A DNA stretch of 64,000 bases. Source: Bacteroidales bacterium (GTDB lineage: Bacteria > Bacteroidota > Bacteroidia > Bacteroidales > Prolixibacteraceae). The notes beneath the pieces were generated by a model. That model was not told the DNA's origin. It saw nothing but the letters and a program-made list of their open reading frames with translations, and ran no database searches. This document shows positions 39,100 to 49,981 of the stretch, piece after piece; the first letter of the stretch is position 1, and each line of letters opens with the position of its first letter. Both the position numbers and the translations under genes were made by a program. The DNA lies in assembly GCA_015654795.1 (NCBI GenBank), contig JAATGF010000062.1, forward strand, positions 8,102 through 72,101, written 5' to 3'.

Positions 39100-40425
39100 A
39101 TGAAAGAGTTTAGTCTAAGTCTGTGTAGCTTATTGCTTATTGCCTCAACATCATGGCTATCTGCCCAGGAAGTCCCAAATCCGTTAACCCCGGTGACATT
39201 GAAAGCCAGGGGATATAAACTTCTTTATGAGGATGGATTCGACAAAGTAGGGAAACCTTCTGCAAAGGATTGGTTATTTCGTAATAATCAAAAACATGGA
39301 GGCATCAGTTCACCAAAGAATGTCGTAGTTGATAGAGCGGCCGATGGGACGAGCTGTCTGAACATCAAATATACATTTGATAAAACACGTAAAAACGGGG
39401 AACAATTCATTGGTGGCGGTATCGTTTCCACCAGCACTTTTGGTTACGGTTACTACGAAGCTCGTGTAAAGCTTTATGGAGGAAAACCGGAACTGGCGGG
39501 ATTTCATCAGTCGTTCTGGTCAATGGGCCTCACAGGTTCCAACGAAGGAGAAGGAAGCGGCGTGCGTGATAGTCTGGTGAATATCGATCTTCTGCCTCAA
39601 AAAAACCAGGTACTCGAAATTGATGCATTTGAACATGATTCAAAAACCCGTAGCCTAGCACAGAATTACCATATCTATACTCCAAAACATTTTAGTAATA
39701 TCACTAAACCCGACCGCATAGAGAAAGATCTTTCACAATGGATCGTTTTTGGGTATGAGTGGCTTCCGGGACAGATTAACTTTTACTGCGATGGGAAATT
39801 GATCAACATACATAAAATGGATCAGATATGGCAGATATTTGCGCCTCAGAATCTTTGGTTCACAGCTTTACCTGTAGATTGGGCAAATACCGGAGGCCTC
39901 AAAGTTCCTGCTCCGGGAGCTGCGATGCAGGTTGATTACTTTAAATTCTATGCAAAACAACTAACCGGAGTAAACCGTTTGGGGAACTCAGACTTTGAAT
40001 ACGGAGTTGACGGGGAAAGTTATCCTGTTGCATGGATCGTGTCGCAAACTGAAAATAATGATCCTGATGCGGTGAAAGTGGTTACAGATAGCATTTCAGC
40101 AAAAAATGGTCGTCGTTTTCTGCTGCACAAGGACAATAAACCTTACAAAACCACTACCAAACAGATCATCAGTTATATCCCGAATGGAAATTATGCGCTG
40201 TCCGCATGGGTTAAATCATCTGGAGGGCAGAAAAATGCAGCGCTGATTGTAAAATGCGGTGACAAGGAAAACCACATTCCGATTAAAGCTGCCAGTGTCT
40301 GGACGAAGGTTTTACTTGACAATGTGGCAGTTAAAAACAACGAAGCAATTATTGAAATTCAGTCTGAAGCGGAGTCAAATCAATGGCTCATGATGGACCA
40401 TATGGAGTTTTCAGAAGTAAAATAA
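39100..40425 (+). CDS. GH16 family glycoside hydrolase with a C-terminal CBM4/9-like module
   Basis: 441 aa with a signal peptide. The catalytic ExDxxE motif is present as LEIDAFEH. The C-terminus (NSDFEYGVDGESYPVAWIV..NGNYALSAWVKSSG) has a CBM_4_9-like pattern. Confidence 0.75.
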   Translation: MKEFSLSLCSLLLIASTSWLSAQEVPNPLTPVTLKARGYKLLYEDGFDKVGKPSAKDWLFRNNQKHGGISSPKNVVVDRAADGTSCLNIKYTFDKTRKNGEQFIGGGIVSTSTFGYGYYEARVKLYGGKPELAGFHQSFWSMGLTGSNEGEGSGVRDSLVNIDLLPQKNQVLEIDAFEHDSKTRSLAQNYHIYTPKHFSNITKPDRIEKDLSQWIVFGYEWLPGQINFYCDGKLINIHKMDQIWQIFAPQNLWFTALPVDWANTGGLKVPAPGAAMQVDYFKFYAKQLTGVNRLGNSDFEYGVDGESYPVAWIVSQTENNDPDAVKVVTDSISAKNGRRFLLHKDNKPYKTTTKQIISYIPNGNYALSAWVKSSGGQKNAALIVKCGDKENHIPIKAASVWTKVLLDNVAVKNNEAIIEIQSEAESNQWLMMDHMEFSEVK

Positions 40426-40747
40426 TCAAAATATGAAATGAGCATGACTATAAATCACATATCGGAATGAATATCAACTTCATGTGTCTCATTTTGCGGG
40501 ATTGAGAAATAAATTATATACATATGAGATTCAAATTTGATTTTGAAAGGGAAACAAGATTACCAATCGTATCAGAATTTTATTAAAACTAAATTAAAGA
40601 CTTTAAAACGAACAGTATTGTGGAATGCCTCGCTTGCGGATGCCAAAACTAACCTGATTGATCAATTGAATAGCACGCTCAAATAAGTCTTATTAGCTAA
40701 ATTGAAAATTTTATCAGTTATTAAGTTTTATATTTAAATGTTAAATT

Positions 40748-43700
40748 ATGAAAAAAATCATTTTGTTTTTTTGTCTAATCGTCTCTTTTTCTGTCGTTTT
40801 TGCGCAGCAAAAGAGTGTAACTGGCCGGGTAACGGATGAAGCTAACGATCCGGTACCGGGAGCCACAATTGTCGTAAAAGGCACCTCGGCGGGTACCATT
40901 TCAGATGCAGATGGAAATTTTAAAATCAAAATTGGGGAATCCAGTAATGTCCTCACTATTTCGTTCATCGGTTTTGAATCTCAGGATGTAAATATTACAG
41001 GTAAAAGCACCGTTGACGTAAAACTTCGTCTCAGTTCTATCGGGATCGAGGAGGTTGTTGCCGTCGGTTACGGCGTCCAGAAAAAAGTAAATCTTTCAGG
41101 CTCTATCGCATCAGTGAAAGGTGAGGCCCTGGCAAACAGAAGCACGGTTCAGACTTCGCAGGCTTTACAGGGTATGGCAGCCGGTGTAACTGTAACATCA
41201 AATAACGGCAGGCCGGGTAAAGAAGGCACAACTGTTCGTATTCGTGGTATTGGTACTTTGAACGACAATAATCCATTGGTGTTGATTGACGGGGTTGCAT
41301 CTTCACTGGATGCAGTTGACCCAAACGACATTGAAACCATGTCGATCCTCAAAGATGCTGCTTCAGCTTCAATTTATGGTTCCCGCGCGGCCAATGGAGT
41401 TATCCTGATTACAACCAAACGCGGAAAAGCGGATAAGGTAAGTGTAACTTATAAAGGCTCTGTGGGATTTACAACTCCGATTGAAATTCCCAAAAATGCA
41501 ACTGCATGGGATTATATGACCATGTATGATGAAGCAAACGCCAACGACTTACGTAACGATGCAGGCGTGCCCGGTGGTTTTATTTATGGACCGGATAAAA
41601 TCAGTACATGGAAAAATGCAACAGATCGTGATGAATATCCAAACTCGGATTTGTTTAAGGAAACTTACAAGAAACAGGCTGCTGAAACATCACAATATTT
41701 AGGTTTCTCACTTGGAAATGATAAGTTAAGGTCAAACACTTCAATCAACTATGCATGGCAGGATGCCCATTATGCACACTCTGATTACACGCGTTACGGT
41801 ATTCGTTCCAACAATAGTTATACGATGAATAAATACGTCGAATTTGGTTTCGATTTATCTGTTCGCAACACTCTTTCACAGGATGCAGCTTCAGGGCAGG
41901 GAGACTATGGAACAATTGACCAATTAATGCGGCTGCCTGCCATTTATCAGACACGTTATTCAAACGGGGTTTGGGGAGGAAATTACTCAGGAACACCTCA
42001 GGGAATGATGATTATAGAAGAAGGCCTGGCAATGAAATACGAAGGCTGGCAAGAAACCATTGCTAAGATTAGTGCTACATTCAAACCAGTTGTAGGTATG
42101 CGAATAGATTTTTCTTATACTCCAAAGTTTTCAACCAATAGCATTAAACAGGTCAAAAAAGTAATGCCTCTGTATGATTATAAAACATTAGCGGTGAGTT
42201 GGACGCCAACCTATCCGGCAACTATAGGTGAGACGAGAGAAAAAACCAGGGAGGACGACATTAATATCCTTCTTAATTACACGAAATCGTTCGGAAAACA
42301 TGATGTAGCAGCTTTAGGTGGGTTCCAGTATTTAACCAATACCTTCAATAATTTGTACGCTTACAGGCAAGGAAACAATTTCCAGCAATTTGAAGAGATA
42401 AATTCATATGACCCAACCGGGATGACCAATAGCGGTTATACTAACGAATGGGCTTTGATGTCATATTTTGGCCGCTTAAATTATGCTTTTGCAGGTAAAT
42501 ATCTTTTGGAAGCCAACGTTCGTTATGACGGTTCTTCCCGTTTCGCAAATGGTTATAAATGGGGTGTTTTTCCATCCTTTTCAGGGGCATGGCGTTTCTC
42601 GTCCGAAAGCTTTATGGAAAATTTCAAATGGTTAACCAATGGTAAACTGCGTGCTTCGTGGGGTGAATTGGGTAATCAATCTGGTTTGGGTTCAAATTAT
42701 CCTTTTGCCCTGAATGTGGCAACCGACCAATATACGGTCTTTGGTGGTGTTTTAAATCCCGGTTATGCCCCTGTCAATTATGCATTAACAGATATTACCT
42801 GGGAATCAACCCGAATGATCGATTTTGGAATTGACCTGACTTTATTCCGTGGAAAACTTGATGCCACATTTGACTGGTACAAGAAGGACACCCGTGATAT
42901 TCTGCTTACTATGCCAATTCCAGGTGTAATGGGTTATGCAAACTCTCCCAAACAAAATGCGGGCTCGGTTGAAAATAAAGGTTGGGATTTATCCATTTCG
43001 CATGCCAATACAATCGGAAAATTCTATTACAAGGTAACCGGTATATTGTCGGATGTGGAAAATAAGATAACCAATATTGGCGGTCTGGCACCTCAGATTA
43101 GTGGTGTTCATGTCAGGCAGGTAGGTGAGCCGATTGATGCTTTATATGGTTATGTTGCAGACGGTCTTTTCAGTTCATTTACCGAAGCCCGTGCTTATAC
43201 TGTAGCTCAATTCGGAAAGTTGCAGGGGGGAGATATCCGTTATATCGATCAATTAACTGTAGACTCCGATGGGGATGGAATTCCTGATGCTGGTGACAGT
43301 AAAATTACTGGTGATGACCGGGTAATACTCGGCAATCCAATTCCCCGATACTCCTTTTCACTGGATTTGTACACCTCGTATAAAGGTTTCGACTTTGCTA
43401 TGTTTTTTCAGGGTGTCGGAAAACGTGATGGCTATATTTCCGGTTGGTTAGCATATCCATTCCAAAATGCGTCTACTGCCCTGGTGCAACATACAGATCG
43501 CTGGAGTGAAGCAAATCCAAATCCAAATGCAGCATATCCGCGCTTGTCTATTAATCAACAGTCTAACAACCTGCAACCATCAACATTCTGGCAGGTGAGT
43601 GCCGCCTATTTACGTTTGAAAAATATACAGCTGGGATATTCTCTACCTGCTCAATTATTTAAAAATAAGTCTGTTTCGGCTGTCCGGTTCTATGCTAACG

Positions 43701-43822
43701 GCACCAATGTATTTACAACCAGTAAGTTGCCTTTGGGTATGGATCCTGAATCTCCTGAAACTGTTCAAAACAGTTATCCGCTGATCTCAACCTACACCTT
43801 TGGTGTGGAAGTGAAATTTTAG
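40748..43822 (+). CDS. susC: SusC-like TonB-dependent transporter (no STN domain)
   Basis: 1024 aa with a signal peptide, a CarboxypepD_reg-like segment (VTGRVTDEANDPVPGATIVVKGTSAGTISDADGNFKI), a plug (TMSILKDAASASIYGSRAANGVILITTKRG), a beta-barrel and a terminal ..GVEVKF. Confidence 0.9.
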   Translation: MKKIILFFCLIVSFSVVFAQQKSVTGRVTDEANDPVPGATIVVKGTSAGTISDADGNFKIKIGESSNVLTISFIGFESQDVNITGKSTVDVKLRLSSIGIEEVVAVGYGVQKKVNLSGSIASVKGEALANRSTVQTSQALQGMAAGVTVTSNNGRPGKEGTTVRIRGIGTLNDNNPLVLIDGVASSLDAVDPNDIETMSILKDAASASIYGSRAANGVILITTKRGKADKVSVTYKGSVGFTTPIEIPKNATAWDYMTMYDEANANDLRNDAGVPGGFIYGPDKISTWKNATDRDEYPNSDLFKETYKKQAAETSQYLGFSLGNDKLRSNTSINYAWQDAHYAHSDYTRYGIRSNNSYTMNKYVEFGFDLSVRNTLSQDAASGQGDYGTIDQLMRLPAIYQTRYSNGVWGGNYSGTPQGMMIIEEGLAMKYEGWQETIAKISATFKPVVGMRIDFSYTPKFSTNSIKQVKKVMPLYDYKTLAVSWTPTYPATIGETREKTREDDINILLNYTKSFGKHDVAALGGFQYLTNTFNNLYAYRQGNNFQQFEEINSYDPTGMTNSGYTNEWALMSYFGRLNYAFAGKYLLEANVRYDGSSRFANGYKWGVFPSFSGAWRFSSESFMENFKWLTNGKLRASWGELGNQSGLGSNYPFALNVATDQYTVFGGVLNPGYAPVNYALTDITWESTRMIDFGIDLTLFRGKLDATFDWYKKDTRDILLTMPIPGVMGYANSPKQNAGSVENKGWDLSISHANTIGKFYYKVTGILSDVENKITNIGGLAPQISGVHVRQVGEPIDALYGYVADGLFSSFTEARAYTVAQFGKLQGGDIRYIDQLTVDSDGDGIPDAGDSKITGDDRVILGNPIPRYSFSLDLYTSYKGFDFAMFFQGVGKRDGYISGWLAYPFQNASTALVQHTDRWSEANPNPNAAYPRLSINQQSNNLQPSTFWQVSAAYLRLKNIQLGYSLPAQLFKNKSVSAVRFYANGTNVFTTSKLPLGMDPESPETVQNSYPLISTYTFGVEVKF

Positions 43823-43855
43823 GAATTTTTATTATTACAATAAACTGATAAGACA

Positions 43856-45553
43856 ATGAAGAAGAATATTTTATACATTATAATGACAGCAGCACTTCTG
43901 GTTACCGGATGTGACTCTGCACTTGAACGCTATCCGCTGGATGTACCTTCTGCTGATACATTCTTTACAACCGAAACAGAAATTCAGGGAGGTGTAAATG
44001 CGTGTTACTCTTTTGTTGTATCCCGAAATAATGGTTATTTATCACCTGAGTTCAGCTGGGATGCATTCTCTGATGTAATGTTTATCCGGGGTGGTGGTTT
44101 TGCTCAGAATATCCTGATGTCTGTTTTGGATAATAAAGACGAATACTTTAGAAATTTGTGGCTCGATATGTATGGAGGCATTGGACGCTGCAATTTAATG
44201 CTCGAAAAAATCGAAGCTAATAAGGATAAAATAGCTGCAGACAAAGTAAAACAGTTTCAGGGTGAAGTTTATTTTTTACGCGCTTATTATTATTTGCGTT
44301 TAACAAATATGTTTGGGGACGTTGTTTACCAGGATAAACCCATAACATCTGTGAATGAAGGTAAGGCTGTTATACGTACTGCAAAAGCAGAAATTTTGAC
44401 AAAGATTTATGCAGATTTTGATCAGTCTGCTCAGCTGCTGACTGGCTCTGCAGTAAAAACTTTAGGTCGGGTAACTGCAGGTGCTGCGTTGGCTTATAAA
44501 GCGCGGGCGGCCTTACAAAACAACGATTGGACCACAGCAGCAGCAGCAGCGAAAGCAGTGATCGATTCGAAAAAATATAGCTTGATGCCAAGTTACTCGA
44601 CTTTGTTTACTGAAACGGTTGTTAACAATACTTCAAATACAGAGCAAATTTTCACACAAGGTCACCTGGTTACTGCTAAAAATGCTTCGGCTTATGTTCA
44701 GTGGGCAGGTTCCCGTTCTGCGGGTGGTTATTCTACCATCGTTCCAACGCAGAACTTGCTGGACTCTTATCAATGTATTGATGGTAAAGATATTAGCAAG
44801 TCACCTTTATACGACAAAACAAAACCGTATGATAAACGTGATCCTCGCTTACGTTATTCACTTGTTGTTCCTGGGGATATGTGGAATGATTATATTTTCG
44901 ATACACGCAAGGATAAACCTAACACTTTGAATAGTGCCGGGGCATCGGTAAAGAACCAGGATAGTTATAACTCCACCGAATTTTGCTCATTTACAGGTTA
45001 CCTTTTACGTAAATATTATGATTTCAAATATAAGGGCGCGAATACGCAATGTGAAATGCCTTTTATGTTGTGTCGGTATGCTGAAGTATTGCTCACTTTT
45101 GCTGAAGCAAAGATTGAGCTAAATCAAATTGATGCAGATTGTTTGAGCGCCATCAATCTGGTTCGTGGCCGTAGTGACGTGATGATGCCTGCCATTGCGG
45201 CAGGATTAAGCCAGGCAGAAATGAGAAAAATTGTCTGGTACGAACGCAAGGTAGAATTATTCAACGAAAACCTGCGTTACCAGGACCTGTTACGCTGGAA
45301 ACGGGCCGAGGTGGTATTGACACGGCCCATCTTCGGAAGACCTGTTTTAGGAGAATTTAACGTATATCCATCTGTTCAATTCGACGAATATGGTGATCCG
45401 CTTTATAACGAAGCAACTTATGCACCACACCCGTCAAGCGACTACCGCGTACTCATCAGAACCAATTTCAAAAAAGAACGCGATTATTTATGGCCAATAC
45501 CCGAAACTGAATTAAGTTTGAATCCGGGTCTTAAACAAAATCCGGGCTGGTAG
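43856..45553 (+). CDS. susD: SusD/RagB-family outer-membrane lipoprotein
   Basis: 565 aa with a lipobox (LLVTGCDS) and SusD blocks (GEVYFLRAYYYLRLTNMFGDV; MLCRYAEVLLTFAEAKIEL; YQDLLRWKRA). Confidence 0.9.
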   Translation: MKKNILYIIMTAALLVTGCDSALERYPLDVPSADTFFTTETEIQGGVNACYSFVVSRNNGYLSPEFSWDAFSDVMFIRGGGFAQNILMSVLDNKDEYFRNLWLDMYGGIGRCNLMLEKIEANKDKIAADKVKQFQGEVYFLRAYYYLRLTNMFGDVVYQDKPITSVNEGKAVIRTAKAEILTKIYADFDQSAQLLTGSAVKTLGRVTAGAALAYKARAALQNNDWTTAAAAAKAVIDSKKYSLMPSYSTLFTETVVNNTSNTEQIFTQGHLVTAKNASAYVQWAGSRSAGGYSTIVPTQNLLDSYQCIDGKDISKSPLYDKTKPYDKRDPRLRYSLVVPGDMWNDYIFDTRKDKPNTLNSAGASVKNQDSYNSTEFCSFTGYLLRKYYDFKYKGANTQCEMPFMLCRYAEVLLTFAEAKIELNQIDADCLSAINLVRGRSDVMMPAIAAGLSQAEMRKIVWYERKVELFNENLRYQDLLRWKRAEVVLTRPIFGRPVLGEFNVYPSVQFDEYGDPLYNEATYAPHPSSDYRVLIRTNFKKERDYLWPIPETELSLNPGLKQNPGW

Positions 45554-45574
45554 AGAATCAGATTATCCGGAAAA

Positions 45575-45609
45575 AGAGAAAGGCTGGTTTTTGCAGTCAG
45601 CCTTTCTTT
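45575..45609 (+). terminator. Probable intrinsic terminator after susD
   Basis: agaaaggctg (45577-45586) pairs with cagcctttct (45598-45607), giving a 10-bp perfect stem followed by tta. Confidence 0.4.
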
Positions 45610-45801
45610 ATACCAACATTTGAACCCGGTCAGATGAAACCATTCTGTTTTATCCGACCGGGGTTTCATAAAACGATAATTGGCATTTGTTTCTGCTTAA
45701 GAGTCGTATGAATACTTGTAATATCCAAATGCTTTGATTGCCAATGAATCAATGCAATTCCTGCCTTGAGTTGGTGACTTTTAAATACCTAAATAAAACG
45801 A

Positions 45802-48423
45802 ATGAAACGCAATTTATATCTGCTGTTCATAGCATTACTTCCGGTTGGTTTATTGTTTTCCTCCTGGAAATCCAATAATTTACCCGATGAAAAACAATCG
45901 TTGCCTGGCTCATCACTCAAACTTTCGTGGGTTAAAAACAAGGATGGCTGGAAAGTAGATAACTTGCTTGTAAAAAAAGACAATCAATGGGTTGCACTGC
46001 CCAACCCGGGTGGTGAGTATACCATTCTTTACAGTACCGAAAAACCAGACTCCTCTCCCGCTGTCCTCTATAGAACCAATAACAGTAAGATTATTTTTCC
46101 CGAACCTGTTTACAAATTTGTTGTTCCGCTTTGGAATAACGTTATTAATCCTGTACAACTGAACACAGCTGGCCAGGCAATCTTTTCCTATCCGCAGACT
46201 TTAAGCAAATTAGCAAACGGGAGCGTAAAATTCGTCTCCGAAACAAAAATATCTACACTCGAAGCAATCTGGAATATAGATGAAAATTATCCTTCGGATA
46301 TCAATGTAAGCATTACAGTAAAAGCCAAAGTTGCCGGTTACTTTTCAGTTGCCACTCCTTCATTGGTTACCGTTCCAAAAGAACAATTGACATGGGGTAT
46401 CCTTCCCGGCTATTTCCAGGGGTCCTCACTGGAAAATGATTTTGTAAAGGCTTATGCTTACGGACAAGGAATACCGGATCGTCCTGTTGTCGTCAGGGAG
46501 CGAACGGCAAGCACCTTATCGCCGGTGATCACGACAAAGAACGGCATCTCTATTGGCGTAATTCCGGAACCATGTACAGATCGCGATCCATGGCTTACCG
46601 ATAAAAGTACACATACAGACTGGTTGCTTGGATTATCCTTAATGAACAGGAAATCTGATTTGACGCCAACACTTTATCATCCAGTGCTGGGACAAAAAGG
46701 ATCCTGGTTAAAAGCAGGTGAAACGGTGAGTTTTAAATTCCGTTACTCGGTAATGCCTACCGACTGGTATCCGGTTTACAAACATGCACTATGGGACATT
46801 TATCATTTTAAGGACTTTCTGAGCTTAAAGAAAACATCACAGTCTCTCACAGACCGCATTTTTGCAATGCACCGGTATGTAATAAATGATGTATCATCGA
46901 AGTGGAGAATTGAAGAGTTTAATGGTTCAAAAATTGGCGGACAGGCTTATAATGCAGGCATCAGGGGTGCAAATGGCGATGCAATGAAAAATTCCGATTA
47001 TGGCGCCATGTGGATGATGGCAACAATTATGAACGATTCCGTTTTGAAACAGACGCGTCTGCCCTTTGCACGCAATTTTAAACTGGAACAGCAACAAACT
47101 GCGCCGGGCCTCTTTAATGGCGCTGTCGCCGGACAATACTATTTGTCAAAAAGTAAAAGGTTTACCGAGGAATGGGGTACCTATACCGAACCTATCGCAA
47201 TTACTTATTATAACCTTCTGGATATCGGGAACATTCTGTTGTTCAACCCCGGCGATTCCATTCTTCGCAGCAGGTTAACCTCAGGCGCTGAAAAACTTTT
47301 GGAATGGCAGGGAGCAGAGGGAAACTGGCAAATTGCCTACGATGAGGAAGGAAAGCCCATGTTTACAGAGCTGGAGGATCTAAGACCCACGTTTTACGGG
47401 ATGATAGTTGCATACAATATTCTGAAGGATAAAAAATACCTCGCAGCAGCCTGTAAGGGTGCCGATTGGTTGATAAAGAATTCAGTAGACAAGGGGCATT
47501 TTTTGGGTGTATGTGGAGATATTCGTTTTATACCCGATTTTGCAACGGGGCAAATCGCTCAGGCACTTCTTGATTTGTATGATCTTACCAAAAATCCAAA
47601 ATATAAGGAAGCTGCAATCAAAACGGCACGCTTTTATACAACTTCCATTTATACACATCCTATACCGTCCAGGCAGGTTAAAACAGTCAACGGAATAAAG
47701 CATGAAGACTGGGAGATCAGCCAGGTTGGACTTAGCTTCGAACACGGCGGGAACGTAGGATCGGCAAATAACGGAGGTCCTATATTACTGGCCAGCCATG
47801 CCGGATTGTTCGTCCGTATCTATGAACTCACGCACGATTCTGTTTATCTCAATATGGCAAGGGCAGCAGCATTGGGTCGGGATGCATTTGTGGATCAAAA
47901 AACCAGCGTAGCCTCCTATTACTGGAGCAAGATGAACGCTGGTCCCGGCGAATTTCCTCACCATGCATGGTGGCAGATCGGCTGGCTCACCGATTACCTG
48001 CTTTCAGAAGCGGAAATGAGATCAGCTGGTAAAATAACCTTTCCGCATGGATTTATATCTCCAAAGGTAGGCCCTCATAAAACCTATGGTTTTGCCCCGG
48101 GAAATATTTATGGCAATAAAGCGTCTTTATCGGTTCGCGAGGGTTTGCTCAAAGCAGAATCTCCTTATCTGGATTTTATGACTGCAGCTAATCCGGAGAC
48201 AAAAAACATCTACTTTATCCTTCTGAACAGTGACGATGAACTACTTAAAACAACCATCACCCTCGATTCTGATGCCCTCATAAGAGGATCCAAAATAAAG
48301 CGGTTAAGCTGGATCAATGAATCAGGCAAAACCGAATTGATTAAAGTAAATGAGGTAAATTTAAAAATTGAAATACCTCCTTTCGGGGTAAAAGTGATTG
48401 AAGCACATTATGATGTTAATTAG
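45802..48423 (+). CDS. Large secreted hypothetical protein; candidate unclassified CAZyme (N-terminal beta-rich region + C-terminal (alpha/alpha)-toroid-like region)
   Basis: 873 aa with a signal peptide (LFIALLPVGLLFSSW). I recognise no family motif. The C-terminal half has helical-repeat features seen in six-hairpin enzymes (LLEWQGAEGNWQIAYDEEGKP; GADWLIKNSVDKGHF; AQALLDLYDLTKNPKYKEAAIKTARFY). It lies immediately after susC/susD. Confidence 0.35.
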   Translation: MKRNLYLLFIALLPVGLLFSSWKSNNLPDEKQSLPGSSLKLSWVKNKDGWKVDNLLVKKDNQWVALPNPGGEYTILYSTEKPDSSPAVLYRTNNSKIIFPEPVYKFVVPLWNNVINPVQLNTAGQAIFSYPQTLSKLANGSVKFVSETKISTLEAIWNIDENYPSDINVSITVKAKVAGYFSVATPSLVTVPKEQLTWGILPGYFQGSSLENDFVKAYAYGQGIPDRPVVVRERTASTLSPVITTKNGISIGVIPEPCTDRDPWLTDKSTHTDWLLGLSLMNRKSDLTPTLYHPVLGQKGSWLKAGETVSFKFRYSVMPTDWYPVYKHALWDIYHFKDFLSLKKTSQSLTDRIFAMHRYVINDVSSKWRIEEFNGSKIGGQAYNAGIRGANGDAMKNSDYGAMWMMATIMNDSVLKQTRLPFARNFKLEQQQTAPGLFNGAVAGQYYLSKSKRFTEEWGTYTEPIAITYYNLLDIGNILLFNPGDSILRSRLTSGAEKLLEWQGAEGNWQIAYDEEGKPMFTELEDLRPTFYGMIVAYNILKDKKYLAAACKGADWLIKNSVDKGHFLGVCGDIRFIPDFATGQIAQALLDLYDLTKNPKYKEAAIKTARFYTTSIYTHPIPSRQVKTVNGIKHEDWEISQVGLSFEHGGNVGSANNGGPILLASHAGLFVRIYELTHDSVYLNMARAAALGRDAFVDQKTSVASYYWSKMNAGPGEFPHHAWWQIGWLTDYLLSEAEMRSAGKITFPHGFISPKVGPHKTYGFAPGNIYGNKASLSVREGLLKAESPYLDFMTAANPETKNIYFILLNSDDELLKTTITLDSDALIRGSKIKRLSWINESGKTELIKVNEVNLKIEIPPFGVKVIEAHYDVN

Positions 48424-48432
48424 TCTGTAACA

Positions 48433-49809
48433 ATGAAAATTCAAACCGGAAGTATAAGTTCCATAATAATAAGTTGTATTGCGATTTTAATCGGAGGTTC
48501 TTTGATGAGCTTTCAGCAAAAGGATTTGAACCACTACGTTCAATATGACGGATTTAAAAAGAGTGATCTGTTCCAGGTAAAAGTCAACGGAATAAAAGTT
48601 TTTACGGCAGAAGAATTATGTTTTGGCGACAGCATTTTCCACACCTCACAATTCTTTGTCGAAGGAGAAACCGAAATTATTGTTGAATGTGCTGTACCTG
48701 TTGAGAAATTTGAAATCAGGCCATTCAGTAAAAAAATAAGCGGCGTAATTAAAGGCAATCAACTGATCTTCAAAGTAAACAAGCCCGAAATGTTAATTAT
48801 AAAAATAAACAATCTTAAACCATTGTGCTTATTTCAGACACCTCCTGAAAAAGAGGTACCTGATCCCAAAGATCCAAATGTGATCTTTTTTGGCAAAGGA
48901 ATACATGAACCGGGGTTGTTGAGCATTAAAAGCGGACAGACCATTTATCTTGAGCAGGGGGCAATCGTCAAAGGCCGTTTTTTTGCTGAAGGGGTACATA
49001 ATGTAACCATCAAAGGTCGTGGAATAATTGATGCTCGCGGTTTCACGAATAAATCAAAAAAGATCTGCGGATTGGAATTTAAAAGTTCATCACATATAAA
49101 GGTTGAAGGAATTGGTTTACGTACCGGCGAATGGTGGCAAAGTCTCTATATACTGTGCAACGATGTTGATGTAAGATACATGAACCTCATGAGTTTCGGG
49201 GTCAATAATGACGGCATTGACATCGACGGCGTGACCAATTTCACGGCAAGCGGCTGCTTCATCGGTTGCGGCGATGATGGTTTCGGCTGGCATGCTGTCG
49301 ACGCTAAAACCAATGGTCAAATGCCTACTGAAAACTGCACCGCCAGTGATTGTGTAATTTATAATGCACATGCCGGAAATGGATTGAGGGTTGGCGCTTC
49401 AATGGAAACCCACCTTTTTAAGAATATCACCTTTAGAAATATCGATGTTGTTGAACATTCAGGTTACGGAATACGCAGTGACCACAGCGATTGGGCAAGC
49501 TGTGAAAACATTCTGTTCGAAAATTTTTTCATTGAAAAACCGGTCAATGCAATCAATATAAAGATTGAAAAGACCCGTTACTCCAACGATACCGGATATC
49601 GTGATGAACGAGGCAATATATATGGTTTAAATTTTATCAATGTTCAAACTTCCGGAGGACAGATCATTCTGAATGGATTCGATACTGAACATGCGATCAG
49701 GAATGTCAATTTCAAAAATTGCAAAGCCAGCGGAAAACCGATTGAAGCCAAAGATGTAGAAACAAATGAGTTTATCTATCATCTTAATTTCTTGAATCAG
49801 ATAAATTAA
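48433..49809 (+). CDS. Right-handed beta-helix glycosidase, GH28-like
   Basis: 458 aa. NNDGIDIDGV, GCGDDGFGWH and HAGNGLRVGAS resemble the GH28 NTDG / DD / GHG motifs. The protein is divergent. Confidence 0.6.
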   Translation: MKIQTGSISSIIISCIAILIGGSLMSFQQKDLNHYVQYDGFKKSDLFQVKVNGIKVFTAEELCFGDSIFHTSQFFVEGETEIIVECAVPVEKFEIRPFSKKISGVIKGNQLIFKVNKPEMLIIKINNLKPLCLFQTPPEKEVPDPKDPNVIFFGKGIHEPGLLSIKSGQTIYLEQGAIVKGRFFAEGVHNVTIKGRGIIDARGFTNKSKKICGLEFKSSSHIKVEGIGLRTGEWWQSLYILCNDVDVRYMNLMSFGVNNDGIDIDGVTNFTASGCFIGCGDDGFGWHAVDAKTNGQMPTENCTASDCVIYNAHAGNGLRVGASMETHLFKNITFRNIDVVEHSGYGIRSDHSDWASCENILFENFFIEKPVNAINIKIEKTRYSNDTGYRDERGNIYGLNFINVQTSGGQIILNGFDTEHAIRNVNFKNCKASGKPIEAKDVETNEFIYHLNFLNQIN

Positions 49810-49981
49810 TACACTAAATAACACATTGATTACCTTAACGTTATAAATAAACCAAAGATTGACTCAATAAATTTGAAATACACACTCTTGCGAGTCCGGA
49901 ATATTTGGGGTGAACGGGTAGTCGGAAATTACAGAATTCTGCTCCGGATCCAAATGAGATACAATAACTTAATATTAATAT

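Noticed and set aside
40600-40686. Short frame reading ..KTLKRTVLWNASLADAKTNLIDQLNSTLK* upstream of the second susC, considered as a C-terminal gene remnant
   Set aside because: It is too short and lacks any signature I can assign. No upstream continuation is visible in any frame.
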